Assembly (NCBI RefSeq): GCF_006345805.1
Contig: NC_043015.1
Location: 4,402,001-4,466,000, forward strand
Length of the DNA: 64,000 bases
Direction: 5' to 3'
DNA from: Octopus sinensis
Taxonomy: Eukaryota
Position 1 is the stretch's first letter, and each line of letters begins with the position of its first letter. The notes beneath the pieces are model-generated. The model saw only the letters and a program-made list of their open reading frames with translations. It searched no databases and was not told the origin of the DNA. Shown one piece after another: positions 27,656-40,964 of this stretch. The position numbers and the translations under genes are program-made.

Positions 27656-27739
27656 ATGACAACACACAGTTACTCTGTACTTGATCTAGTGTTTGTTGTG
27701 TCTCTGCAATGCACGCTTACATGCAATCAATTATCTAAG
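27656..27739 (+). CDS. Candidate first coding exon (MTTHSYSVLDLVFVVSLQCTLTCNQLSK), signal-peptide-like; exon 27645-27739
   Basis: Acceptor TTATTCTGTAG at 27644, ATG at 27656, 28 codons, perfect AAG|GTAAGT donor (phase 0), hydrophobic core VLDLVFVVSL. No downstream exon identified. Confidence 0.4.
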
Positions 27740-28074
27740 GTAAGTAGCTGCAGTAAACACCTCACAGATTCAGCTGAAATTATAGTCAGACATTTCTGCC
27801 ATTGTAAAGAATATATAAAAAATATTTTACGAAGTAAGAATGGAAAAGAAGGAAACAAAGAAGCAAATTATTTACACAAGAAAGGGAAATTAAGTAATCC
27901 ATCAGGAAAATGAGTAATGAATATATAAATTGGATGATTAAGCACTTAACCAATGTTAATCACTTGACAATAGGTACTGACATACAATGTACATGTTATG
28001 AATCTGTAAAGATACTTTTTAGTATATGGATAAATATGCACTTATATTAAGGTCAGCTTGTTTTGAACAATATT

Positions 28075-28436
28075 CGTTATTCTTTTATTCATTTCAGTGC
28101 TTTCATGCTAGAACACAATCTAAAAGGGTTGTAGTGGAACAAATCGACTCCCTGCCCCGGGATTTTGTAAGTCTAATACTTATACTTTCTCTTTTGCTGA
28201 ACCAGAGAGTTACGAGGACGTAAACTCAACATCGCTTGTCACACGATGGTGGGAAGATAAACACACACACACAAAGACAGACACACTCACACACACATAC
28301 AAATAGAGAAATAGATAAATGATTTGATACATAAATAGACAGAGAGATAGATAGATGAATTGAATGATAGATAGATAGACAGGTAGATACATAGATAGAT
28401 AGACAGACAGATATACATATATACATACATACAGAC

Positions 28437-28477
<41 letters not shown>

Positions 28478-28720
28478 CATACATAATACATACATACATA
28501 CATACATACATACATACATACATACATACATAGATAAATAGATAGATAGGTAAACATATATATGATTAGGCTCTTCACGCTTGCATCTACCAAATCCACT
28601 TACAAGGCTTTGGACCACCCGAGATTATAATAGACGACATTTGCCCATGTCGCCATGCAGTGGGACTGAAACCGGTACTGCGTGGTTGAGAAGCGAGTTT
28701 CGTACCCCAGAGTCACTATG
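28075..28720 (-). mobile_element. SINE family K with an expanded internal (GATA)n/(CATA)n tract
   Basis: Both halves (28075-28290, 28568-28715) match family K. Confidence 0.8.
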
Positions 28721-29169
28721 TTACAAATTTAAATACATATATATTAATTTACCGTGAGTTAGGAAACATCAGTTTGAAGGTTAGTCATATGATGAAAGTC
28801 TGATGATGTCAGTGAAATATTTAAGAGATTAGCAACAGACCAATATATGCAGATAACTTATATAAAATATTTATGATATATATTTGAATTTTACGCTAAG
28901 ATTAAAAATCTACAGCAATTAAAATTAGCCTTAGACTTTATATTTTAATTAAACATATATTATTTGAATGTACGTGGATCTGCTCTTCCAAAGTTCCAGA
29001 GAAAATAAAGGCAAATCGTGAGAGGAATTTTTTTTCAAGAGACTGCACAAGTAGTTGTAAAAGAAAAAGAAAAGGCAGGTAGTGAATCTAAAATATGAAA
29101 TTTTATGTAATTATGATAAAGCATATTTTCAGTATTAACTAGCGAATGTGCGAGTGTTTATATGAAAGT

Positions 29170-29445
29170 AACACGCCTAGCCGTGCTCGGAAAACCGTAG
29201 GTCTTGATTTATATCGAAAAAAATATTATAGATGAAATGATGAAATATCAGTTTAGCTTGTCTATAAACTAAATGTATTATGAACAGGGACAAAATAAAC
29301 AAAAGCCACTCAAATAAAACACGCAAGGAACCTACTGGCTAAAAGAAATCAAAGGAAATAAAGTATTTTGAAGCAATATTCAACTAATATTCCTACAAAT
29401 TCTTCAACTGCATCTGAATAAGGCCTTGAAACCCGGGAAATCTCA
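29170..29445 (-). repeat. Repeat with diverged copy at 37011-37260; possibly a Helitron-type 3' end
   Basis: Colinear similarity to 37011-37260. CGCCTAGCCGTGCTCGG resembles the reverse complement of the Helitron hairpin at 56102-56119. Confidence 0.55.
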
Positions 29446-30477
29446 TCAAAACGGCTATGAAGCAATTAACAAATTATAAATCATACGAAGAGAAGGATTG
29501 GAAGCCACAATATTATTTGGTGATGGAATCATATTAACTATTCTCTCATTTTTTTTTTACTATTAAATGCATCAGATGGTTAGGTTATATTTCAGCATTT
29601 CGGAAGTTAATTATCATAATTAAACTAATTTCAAGCAAGATTTAACCCAATGTTGACAAGTTTATGTGGGAAGAGAAACTGATTTTCAGTGGGTATATGA
29701 TAGTCAAATGTTTAAAATAAGGCATATTAAACAACGGGGAATGAAATGTGACTGGCGTTAAATCAATATTTCTTCGGTTCATAAAAGGCTTTAGGTAACT
29801 ATCATAGCAGAAGTTGTCAAAACTAATGAGACACTATGGCACACATGAAAAATACATATACCATCATAAAAGAATATTGCACTAAATCATAGAAGTCCCA
29901 ACATTCACTGAACATTCTAAGGTGAAAGTGGTGTAGCTTAAGAATACTTGCCGTTTCTTTCACCTATTAAGATTCTGATTCATTATCAGGATAAAACACT
30001 TTTATAGGAATGCATCATTGAATACGATAGATGCATTTTAAGATAATACATCTGATGACGTAGTAACGATGAAAAATACAAGAGAACCCAAATCTTATGA
30101 TATTGCAGAATTTTAACTAGATGCAATCATAGCGGGTACTCTGCAGATACAACAAAGATGAATGTAAATAATGGTAAACCATTCGGTTATAGAATGCGAT
30201 GGTAAATTATTAAAACATTTCTTCCAGTATTCGAGTATCTGGAGTAATGGCTGTCGTAATTTGGAGTCTGGTGAAAGAACTAACATGAAAGAATCACTAG
30301 AATAATTAAGTATGTTAAAATCTACATAGTAGTCCAGTTCCCTTCCGACACAACTGTAATTAAATATCTATACTTTGGTAAAATCGAGTTTCTTTTATTG
30401 ACAAGTCATCACACCATCTGCAATGAAATGTTTCATGCGTCTTGGTAATAAAATATTTTCTTAATTTCAGAGTTTTG

Positions 30478-31041
30478 TGTATGGTCACCACCAGTGTGAA
30501 ATTAACAGCGGACCTTGAAGCAATCCAGAGAAGATTCACAAAGAAAATTGTCTCTTTGCAACAGCTCGGCTACTAGTAAAGGTTGAAACAGTTAAGACTC
30601 TACATCCTCGAGAGAAAACGGGAGAGGTATTCAGTAATACATGTCTGGAAAATCCTGGAAAGGATGGTGCCAAAATTTGGCACTGAAAGCTACACCAATG
30701 CCACAACGTACGACACTGCATAGTGCCAAAGGTCCCAGCAATGCCATGTTACTGCAACATCCAGGGTTTCAAGGGCCACAACATTTTAATTTTATCCAAA
30801 AGAGTAGAGGAAATTGCACAAAATAGATGTAGGGGTTTTTAAATCAAACCTGGACCTCTTCCTGTCGAGGGTCCCAGATGAACCTACCTCACGGCAAGAG
30901 GTGCAAATGAGAGTAGCTATATCAAACTCCATGCTTCACGAAGAGTCACATATTAGAGGAGGCGCTTAGTAATAACAGTGTAGCAAAACGGTGGTGCTTC
31001 AGCATGGCCATAGCTCTGAGCTGAAACTAGATAAAAAAAAA
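30478..31041 (+). mobile_element. CR1/L2-group LINE 3' fragment with A-tail
   Basis: DLEAIQRRFTKKI, RLKQLRLYILERKRERY..IHVWKILE, RHCIVPKVP, GFQGPQHFN, FKSNLDLFLSRVPDEPT across frameshifts; A-run at 31033-31041. Confidence 0.82.
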
Positions 31042-32133
31042 TGTCTTGAATTTGTTAAGAGCGTTTGTGCAAGATATTATAATCTGAAAAGTGATTGGTT
31101 AAGAGTGCAATTTAAACTTGTGCTATAGATGGGCTTATATGCATTTTAACGATATAAATATTTGATATACGCCGAATTCTTAGCTGGCTCATGCCTCCTG
31201 GTAAGAAATTGTTCTCCTAATTTCAGAGTTTTCTGTATGTTGATGGCTTTTATAACAGAGAACTTCAAGTCTCATATGAATCAGTAGGACACAAAAGGGT
31301 TATGAAAGTGTCAAAAGACGGAGCGGTTTTGCTTGTTACGCCAGGTTTTGTTGCTCGTGGTTTTTGTCGTTTACTTTCTTTTCATTTCAGCATAGTCAGT
31401 ACAATTAGTAATAGAATGACACCTATTAGATCGATTTGGCTGTCGGGTCCTAAATTTTCCATCGCATTGTATTTACTTTAGAAAATATTCGTTAGATTTT
31501 CTAAATAAGAAGAGTATATGCTCGTAGACATTTTCTTGCAAATTGCTTCACTGAGAAATAATCTACGAGCAAATCACAATCATTTCGTACTGCCCAAACG
31601 AGTTTAATATCATAGGTCATTCATGATATTCACTATATGTTGATTGCTAGATTTTATTTTGGAGCTGCGCATTAAATTCTTATCATTAAGTTTAATGTTT
31701 CTTTGGCGTGAATATTTCATTGATGTAAATTATCCATACTCCAGACATCCCGACGAAAATTGTCTCTGTTTAGAAGAAGAGTTAAATATGCAAGAAGTTT
31801 CAATCTTGTTTGATAGGAAAACATTTGGACATCTGACTACATAAGTTGGAAAATGTGCCACCGAAAAATAACCGTAACATCGAGAAACGGGATGAAAATG
31901 GAGACTACGGGAGAGGGAATACAATAAAAGAGGGAATATTATCTATTTGCTTATTTGTGAAATACACTCAATTCTAACTACCCGTGTCTGAAAAGAAGTT
32001 TATATGAACGCACGAAAATAGATACATCTATATAAATATTCACACATTCTTATATACATACGCATCTGCGCTCACTGACACGCGCACACACATACAAACA
32101 TATTTATAAGTGCGAATGCGATGTGTGCGTGCG

Positions 32134-32216
<83 letters not shown>

Positions 32217-32218
32217 TA

Positions 32219-32572
32219 TATTAAATTAGAGATAAAACCACTATTAGGCAAGTCAAACAATGAAAAACTTAAGCCAATACATAAAATTAATTAATTTATA
32301 TTATTTTAAATATATATCAAAATTATTAAAAGTTTAATAAAAGATAATGAGTAAAACACTACGATCCTTTCATGGCTGTCCAATTCGTAATAATTCGAGT
32401 TATGGTTACAGTCAATCTTCAGGTAATTGAAATATCTAAAATATAATCAGAAATATTTAAACAATATTTTTAATATATAAATAATATAATAATTTTACTT
32501 ATAATAAACTCTATTATCAAACTAGAAACATAGAACTTAACAATTATGATTATATCAAAATCGACTATAATG
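32219..32572 (-). mobile_element. ~350-bp AT-rich, TA-flanked repeat with hammerhead-like motif (32357-32425); inverted copy at 42163-42511
   Basis: Reverse-complement similarity over the entire length. Confidence 0.9.
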
Positions 32573-34108
32573 TTAAATATTAAATATATATATATAGTTA
32601 TATATGTATATTAATATATATGTATATATAGGGGAGGGGCAGCCTGTTTTTCATCCTCACATTCTCCTTTCCTTGATTACGCATCCCGTTAAAGCAACCG
32701 GTGGTAATTCTTCTGGAGACCACTTTAACCTGTTTCTCTGACTGTTGCCTTTATGTTCCCAATCGTTTAGGATTTCACTCTTAGCGTTCCCTCATATACT
32801 TTCATCTAGGCCTAACGCTACATTATCTTTCTTAATTTATTTCGCTGTTGTCCCTCGCCTGTCCACTAACGGTCAGGTCTTGAATTACATTTCTTCATTT
32901 TCGTATGTCCTTTCCTGTATTGTTTCCTTATCCATTTTTTGTTTCGCTGTTCCCTGTCTAAAAATTCTCGACAGCTCTTGCCACTGCCACAAGAAGGGAA
33001 TCAATATTAACGTTAAATACACGAAACAGCGTTTGATTCTATGACCGTTAACTGTAGAGAAATTGGGGACCATCTCTGTCTGTTTTCTGTTCGGCTGTGC
33101 ATTGACTATACGTGCAACTTGCAAATGTGTCTCTGTGTTTCGTTGGTGGTAGACACATTGCACTACATACTGGAACTGCACATTAGAAAACCATGTTTCC
33201 CAATAATTAAATTCAATTTGTATTTGCGAGGAAATATATCGGTACACATTTTACAAGAAATTACTATATTAATATATGCAGGATTTTTGATATATATTAT
33301 TGTAATATGGTTTCGCTGTTTACTTTGGTTTATTCAATTTAAATGGTTTTATAGATACATAAATACATACTTATATATATATATGTGCGAATAAACATAT
33401 ACATATACACACAAAGACACACATCTACATATGTATGCATGTATGTATATGATGCTATCGGTCCGAGCAGATATATGCACATGGGGAGAAACACAAACTT
33501 ATCGTTGTTATATGTTGATTTTTTCTCTCTTTTTCTCCCTATGTCTCTCTATGTCCCTCTCTCTCTCTTTCTGTTTCTTAGCTAATATATATGCATTTAT
33601 GTGTGTGTTAGTTACTCTTTGCATGTGGTTCCTGGGATATTCACATACATTCTATATCTGACGATCCATACTTACAAAGTAGTATCTACCATTATAGTAA
33701 AGTATAAATAATGCATTACTTACGGCATGTATTCACCTAGATTTTCCATTAAATCATGATGATATCTGCCGGGGATTTTTTTTTTTTTTAATTTTATGTA
33801 TTCCATTAACTTTTATTGTATAATCTATAGAAATATTTATCACATCTGAACACTATGTAAGTGCAGCATCGGACCATTGAAAAATCTCTATTCACATGCA
33901 AAAGTATATGTTGAAGACTATCACAGATTGATAAATGCCTTGACAAAAACAAACATACTCACACGTACAAACATCACAGATACTCATTCAGATTTCCATA
34001 TGTTTATTGTATCAATTTTGCCGACTGTATATTATGAGTGCCTGTGAGTGTGTGTGTATATATATATATATATGTATGTATGCATGTATGTATATATATG
34101 TATGTATG

Positions 34109-34194
<86 letters not shown>

Positions 34195-34708
34195 ATATAA
34201 ACATATAGATAAAGATATAGATATATATGCATATATACACACGCACATATATATTTACACATTTACATTAGGGTAAGATAAATGAGAATATAGCAACCGG
34301 TGGGGAAAGGGAGATAGGCTGGTATAAAATGATATACATATATACTAGAACTGTGTGCATTATGTATCATGTAAAATACAATTCAATCAATATTTCTGTC
34401 TAAATTTCCTTCCATAGTGTGTATAATTGTATTTATCTATCATTTCAATTTACTTATTTGCTAGTTACCAATTACCTACCAATATATTATTCATATAAAC
34501 AGTAACGTTCTCATCGCCAAAACCGTTTTGTTATTTTAATTTAGTTAAGTGGATATACTAGTTGCTTACGGTATTCTTTGTATATTTTTTGCTATTTACT
34601 ACACACAGACACAAACGCAGATATATATATATATATTATAATATATATATATATATATATATAATATATATATATATAATATATATATATATATATTATA
34701 TATATATT

Positions 34709-34757
<49 letters not shown>

Positions 34758-35039
34758 ATATATATATATATGTATGTATATATGTATGTATGTATGTATA
34801 TGCAAAATATTTTTACATGAAACCAGATTGTCCGTTAATACTAAATAAATCTTGATAGCTAAGCGCCGTGGTATTCCAATACTCCAAAACGTATATTTTG
34901 TGATAAATATTCTATATTCCATATATATATACATACATACACACACAAAAATGGATAAGAGAAAACAAGGATGAGTCATTCGGAGTTTTCTTTCTTCCCT
35001 CCCCCGTCCGTCCGTTCATGTTCGCCTTTCTTGATACTT

Positions 35040-36921
35040 GGTATATCTTTTCTTTAATTGCTTAAAAGGTATTTTCTAATAGTATTTTGATCCTTTTACC
35101 ATGTACATTACGCAGGTGTCCAGTTTTATTACTTGTTCCCAGTCCCGTTTTCCATGGTTACAAACTTTAACATACACTTCGTCACCTGTGGCAAAAGATT
35201 TCGTTCTACTTCCCGAATTTTGCATTTTATGCTTCCTACTTGGCAACAATTTGCCAGGCACAGAACGGATATTTCATGAGAACATCAATTCTGTGGGTAA
35301 CATACCCGACTATGAATTTGGATTCAGTGTTATTCTGTAAGAACTTTGTCATATTTCCATCTTAAAAAGCTTCCCGTCTGGTCCCCCATTCGACCTTGAA
35401 TGGTATGGCAGAGTTGGCAGAAACGTTAGCACGCCGGGCGAATTGCGTAGACGTATTTCGTCTGTCGTTACGTTCTGAGTTCAAATTCCACCGAGGTCGA
35501 CTTTGCCTTTCATACTTTCGGGGTCGATAAATTAAGTACCAGTTACGCACTGGTTTCGATGTAATTGACTTAATACCTATATCTGTCTTTGTTTGTCCCC
35601 TCTGTCTTTAGCCCCTTGTGGGTAATAAAGAAATAGGTATGGCAGAGTTGATACGTTTTATCTGGACTAACTTACAGAATTGTTTGAACTGCTTCGCCGT
35701 GAATTGCGTTACCATTATCTGATACAATCCTATCTAGCACTCCGTAACGAGCGAAAAATTCTTCCAAGAAGTCAACAGTCACATTTCCGGATGGCCATGA
35801 GCATTTATACACTTTGAATAGCTATCCACTACGTCGATATAATAATTTACTGGGCCTGGACGGGGAAACGGTTGTATCTGTACGAGGGGCGCATTTGCTG
35901 TCATAGCGCATCCCCTACATCGCTATACCAACTTCTTAATTTGTTTGTCCATATCCAACCAATATATGTAACTCCTCATGAGGCTTTTCATCCTGGTAAT
36001 TTCCGGATGTCCAGAATGAAAGTCTTTCAATATTCTGTTGTGCAGTGCTTCAGGTATTACCACGCTTTTTGCATATAACAATACTTCGTCATATACAGAA
36101 TAATGATTTTTACCTGCATTTCACTTTTGTATATTATGTTTCGTATTGCATTCCAACAGTAACTTTTTATCGTATTTATGAAAATATTATTCTCCGATTT
36201 TAATTTAAGTTCTTCTAGCGTTACCGGCAAATCACGTACTGCATAGTCCAAAATCTTCTTCAGTTCCATTTCTAGTTTTAACGATACAATCCGTGTATCT
36301 TCAAAAGGGTTCTAATATTTTAGAATTAGCCTAGACAACCCGTCTACGTGTCCCATTTTCTTTGAAGTCAAAAACTCCATCTGAATAATTCATAGTTCAA
36401 CAGGGTAGCCACTCAGCGCTGTAAAAGGTTTGCGGAATGCGTGAGGATACATTTTTGGTTGAAAACAAAGAGTAACGGTCGGTGATCAGACTTCTGTGTA
36501 AACCTCCTACCATGTAGGAATTTATGGAATTTCTCTACTGGTAAAGCCTACTTTTCGATCCGGGAGCAGTTTTTTTTTTGTTTTTTTCGCTACTAGGAGA
36601 ACTCTCTATGCATATGCAATATCATTAAATTTATGCACTATCAGAGCTCCTATACTATATTCACCGGTATCCGCTGCCACAATTATTTTCAGGTTTGTGT
36701 CGAAATGAATTAATGATAACACTGATGTTAACTCTTTTTTAATTCATCGAATATTTTCTGACGTTTGTTTGTCAGTCCCATTTCGTGACTTTCTTTAACA
36801 AATTATTCATATATTTTAGGTATGTACAGCTGGTAATAATTTACCTGACATAAAAATGCTTGTACGTTTGTTTTGTTAGTGGGAGCAGGTACAGTTGTTG
36901 TCACGTCCACCATAAAAAGTG
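35040..36921 (-). pseudogene. Ty3/Gypsy pol remnant (RT end, RNase H, integrase)
   Basis: PAPTNKTNVQAFL..VNYY (RT), IIVAADT..YSIGA and KFHKFLHGRRF..SDHRPL (RNase H), ILKDFHSGHP.ITRMKSLMRSYIYW..MDKQI...C..C (integrase HHCC), IVSDNG/QFT..QF.QFC, PYHSRSNG, FATGDEVYVK; many stops. Confidence 0.92.
35417..35635 (+). mobile_element. Family-M SINE inserted in the Gypsy integrase, 15-bp TSD
   Basis: GGTATGGCAGAGTTG at 35402-35416 and 35636-35650. Removing the insert restores STLPYHSRSNG. Confidence 0.93.
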
Positions 36922-36941
36922 TCCTATTTTCGTCCGTTTGC

Positions 36942-37258
36942 TTATCCATCTCTGGGGACCTTCTCTGTCTGTTTTCTGTTCGGCTGTGCATTGACTATAA
37001 GGTGGAAATTATATCGGAGAAAATATAATAGGTGGAATGATAAAATGCCAGTTTAGCTTATCTATTAACTAAATATATTATGAGTAGGTTCGAAATAAGC
37101 AAAATCCACCCAAATAAACAAACGCAAGGAACCTACTGGCTAAAAAAAAATCAAAGGAAATAAAGAATTTTCAAGCAATATTTAAGAGAATAATTCAACT
37201 AATATTTCTAGAAAATTCTTCAGCTGAATTTGACTAAGGCCTTGAAACACGGGAAATC
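36942..37258. other. Chimeric insertion flanked by a 20-bp direct repeat
   Basis: TCCTATTTTCGTCCGTTTGC at 36922-36941 and 37259-37278. The insert is a match to 33065-33110 joined to a match to 29210-29445. Confidence 0.85.
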
Positions 37259-38602
37259 TCCTATTTTCGTCCGTTTGCATTGATTACTAACTCAGATTCA
37301 CAAATAACACCAATGTGAACAATATAGGGACATATATGAATAAGACTTCAGAACCGGAATCTTCTTTGTATTTATTGATGTTTGTATGCAATTTTGTGTG
37401 GATGTATTTTCATGCATTACGTTAAAATGGGATCATATATTTCACCTCTGACCGGAAATTTAGTTACGATTGCTTTTGTTTGAAGGAAAACGAAGTGATT
37501 CATGACGTATGAAATATTAATCCCCACGATGACAGCCTCGTCAGAAACACGCTAATTTGTACTTCGTGCATTTTATTTGATATTATTTCTAATGTGATAG
37601 CGTTGTTTAGCACTTCTTTCTTTGCATTTATATCTCAGTATATCCTATTAAATTTCAATGGAAATATGCGTTCGGCAGTAAATATGCGAGATTCACCTGC
37701 CAAATAAATTTATATTTAATTACACTACTTCGTTTCCTTTATTATAACTATATATTCACCTTTTAGTTATTATGTATAAAAATGTTGTTTAATTATTCCG
37801 AAATTTTGTATAATTATTTCGATTTTCTCCCCGGAAAAGAAATTATTGCCGTATGTTTCTTGACTATGAACTTACTGTTGATTTGTATATTTTTACTTCA
37901 TTAGAATGTTGTTTAAACACTTACTTATATGTATCACCTGTTTTAACTACCTTATACAATATATTTGTTATGTAATACATTAATTTTGGTTACACTAGTA
38001 TGCTGATTTATATATATTTTAGTGATAAAACAATATTGATCTTCATCAGTATCCATCGAGGTATATTTTTCAAAATCACATTCACTTCAAAGCATCGATC
38101 TCACATACAAGATTAGGCAACAGTCATGTCTCCTCTCTTTTGCAAAATACTTTTGCATATGAATTATATAACTGTACATAGTTTGTACAATGTTTGCATA
38201 TAAGCATGAATAGTTTACAGAAATTTTGCAGCTGTCAACTAAAACGGAAGTTTACAGAAGATGAAGAATTAGGTTGATGGCAGAAATTTTACATATATGC
38301 TGCAGCATAGATGCAAATCAAATCTTTTATCATGGAAAATAATCTATGAAACATTGAATTATTTCTTCGAATGTAAGATGCGTGTAGCTGACGTATAGAA
38401 TCCAGTGTTTGCAGAATGTATTTCTAACGTGTTAAGAAATCCCTAGTGAGACTTACTAAGCTATGCAAATTTCTTTAAAGCGAAGGTTCTCTAAATCTCG
38501 CTAGATCTAATTACATTACCGGTATCCAACTGGTGGTTATAATAACATTAACAAATCTATAAATGTTGCATGATTTCCTTACAAAGATATATATTTCGAT
38601 TC

Positions 38603-38662
<60 letters not shown>

Positions 38663-38666
<4 letters not shown>

Positions 38667-38901
38667 TCTTTTACTAGTTTACTTGTTTCAGTCATTTGAA
38701 TGCGGCCAAGCTGCAGCACCTCCATTATTCGAGCAAATCGCCCCCAGGAATTATTCTTTGGAAGCCTATTACTTATGCTATCGGTCTCTTTTGCCGAACC
38801 CCTAAGTTGCGTGGACGTAAACACACCACCATCGGTTGTCAAGTGATGTTGGTGGGACAAACACAGACACACAAACACACGCAGATATAAATATATATAT
38901 T

Positions 38902-38933
<32 letters not shown>

Positions 38934-39017
38934 TACGACGGGCTTCTTTCAGTTTCCGTCTACCAAATCCACTCACAACGATTTGATCGACCTGAGGCTA
39001 TGGTAGAAGACACTTGT
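38663..39017 (-). mobile_element. SINE family K, 5'-truncated
   Basis: Reverse complement of 55275-55593. Confidence 0.9.
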
Positions 39018-39029
39018 CCTTAAAGATGA

Positions 39030-39652
39030 AACACTGTAACTGACACATTCTGTTGTGGTAGATAGAGATCTTAAAATTGAGAAACATCCAAGCACAAATG
39101 CTCGCACATTTAATTCCTTACAAACAACCATCAAATGACTAAACCATTAGCCTATCAATCTTGGACTTGCGAAAAACTCTGTCGGGATGCTCGGCATGAA
39201 ATTACCAATGACAGTGCTCAACGGAAACAAATTCTGGTAAGTTCTCGAGATATCCGATTTTGATACAGAGTTGCGACTCGGAATGAAAAATGTTGGTCAG
39301 AAAACTTTTATAACGTCACAAACTCTTTATTGTGGCCTCATAAATATCCTGCTATCATTCCCAAGAAATACTATGTGTGGGGTTGAGATACATACCAAAC
39401 ATACAATGGAGTTTGTAGCTGAAATCAACGCCGTGTTCTCAGTTCTTCCCAAAAAACATTGAGGAAGGCATGCAACCGGCTTCTGAGCCGCCTTGAAGTG
39501 TGAAGGTTGAGCTCTACGACTTTGAGTAAACGTTTACCATCCTACAAGAATCTAATTAATATATTTCGATATTTTTAACATAGGTTTACTCGGATTAATG
39601 TTTGTGATTTTATTTCCATCTATGCTGTGGAAATTTCATGCGAACAGCTTGA
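39030..39652 (+). mobile_element. Old Tc1/mariner-superfamily (maT/DD37D-like) transposase 3' remnant
   Basis: KHPS.., WSENFYN...LWPHKYPAIIPKKYYVWG (cf. WPPNSPDLNPLDYYVWG), LRKACNRLLSRLE (cf. ACxRFRSRLE). Confidence 0.5.
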
Positions 39653-40723
39653 GTGTGTGTATGTGTGTGTGATTTGGTTGTGCATATTTTGCTCCAGTAG
39701 CTATATTCCTTTCTAGCACCCGTCTTCAGGAATAAGCTTTCCATTTGCGTACATGATTTGAGTGTATATGTTATATAAGGAATGAAGTGAACGTCGGAGG
39801 TATATTTCAGCGAATTAAAAAAAAATGCAGTGTAATTAATGACCCAATATTCGAAGTTTACATTATATAATATGTCTGAAATTAAATAGAGGTTATCATG
39901 GCTGTTACACTTTTGTGCTTATGTATTCTTTATGAGGAATTTGTCCACTAGAACATAGTTTACCAAAGAAGCCTCCTATTGTCATATGAAAAAAGAAACA
40001 GCTTGTTATTTTCACAATCAGCTATGCAGATCGCAAATGATGTGAGATAATATAAGATTTTCTAATTAAATACGCAGTTGAAATAAAAATAATTTGTAAC
40101 AATAACACGGTAAGTTAGTATAGAAACCGAACCAATAATCAATGAAAGTAACTCCATAAATAAGCGGTGCTTGCATTATCACCTGTTGAATAATGACAGG
40201 AGAAAGTAATTGTATCAGTTTTATAACTCATAATATAAAGTGATAATATAAAATTGTGCTAGACAACACCTTTCTCATTCTCCTTATTCACCGATATACC
40301 ACTATTACAATGAAATCAGTCACGTCGAAATATATTTTTAACGATGTTTTTAAATATATTCTTGATAATAATAATGATAAATGTTATAAGTTTGCCAAAG
40401 GGCATACCTTTACTTCATAAGAGAATATGACAGAGATAATTAATACAAACGGAGAGGTTCATATTGGTAAGAAAGCAAAGCAATTTCAGAACGATGAAAA
40501 TAACAGCATACAGAAAAACAAATGTTCTCAATAGCTTGACATTTACTTTCGACTAATGAGTGAAAATCTATATATTGAAGATTTTTGCTACAGCGTGATT
40601 ATCTTTGAATTACAGCTGCATACTGATTGCAGGACTTACAGAAGTTGTCTATAGTGCCTGTGTCAACTATTCTCGAAGATACTATTTGTGTCATCATTGC
40701 TCCAAAGAACTCCCAACTTTTTA

Positions 40724-40895
40724 GTACAGTTCTATATTTAAGAGATGAGGAATTATATGCATTATTTACATTATTTACATTCGACGGATATTTCTGCTCA
40801 TCTTGTTTGTTGTTAACACAACGTTTCGGCTGATGTACCCTCCAGCTTTCATCAGGTGTCTTGGGAAACTTCAAGCCTGTGTTATTATTCTTTAA
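40724..40895 (-). mobile_element. (TAA)n-associated short repeat with hammerhead motif; inverted copy at 41820-42006
   Basis: Reverse-complement similarity to 41860-42006. Confidence 0.88.
40815..40860 (-). ncRNA. Minimal type-I hammerhead ribozyme motif
   Basis: GACAC CUGAUGA A AGCUG-gaggguacau-CAGCC GAAAC GUU^ GUGUU: intact core, 5-bp stem I, palindromic AACGUU; A-C mismatch at the base of stem II (G in the second copy). Confidence 0.7.
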
Positions 40896-40931
40896 GTAAT
40901 TTTCGATGTTGCTGTTGTAGTAGTTGTTGTG

Positions 40932-40964
<33 letters not shown>

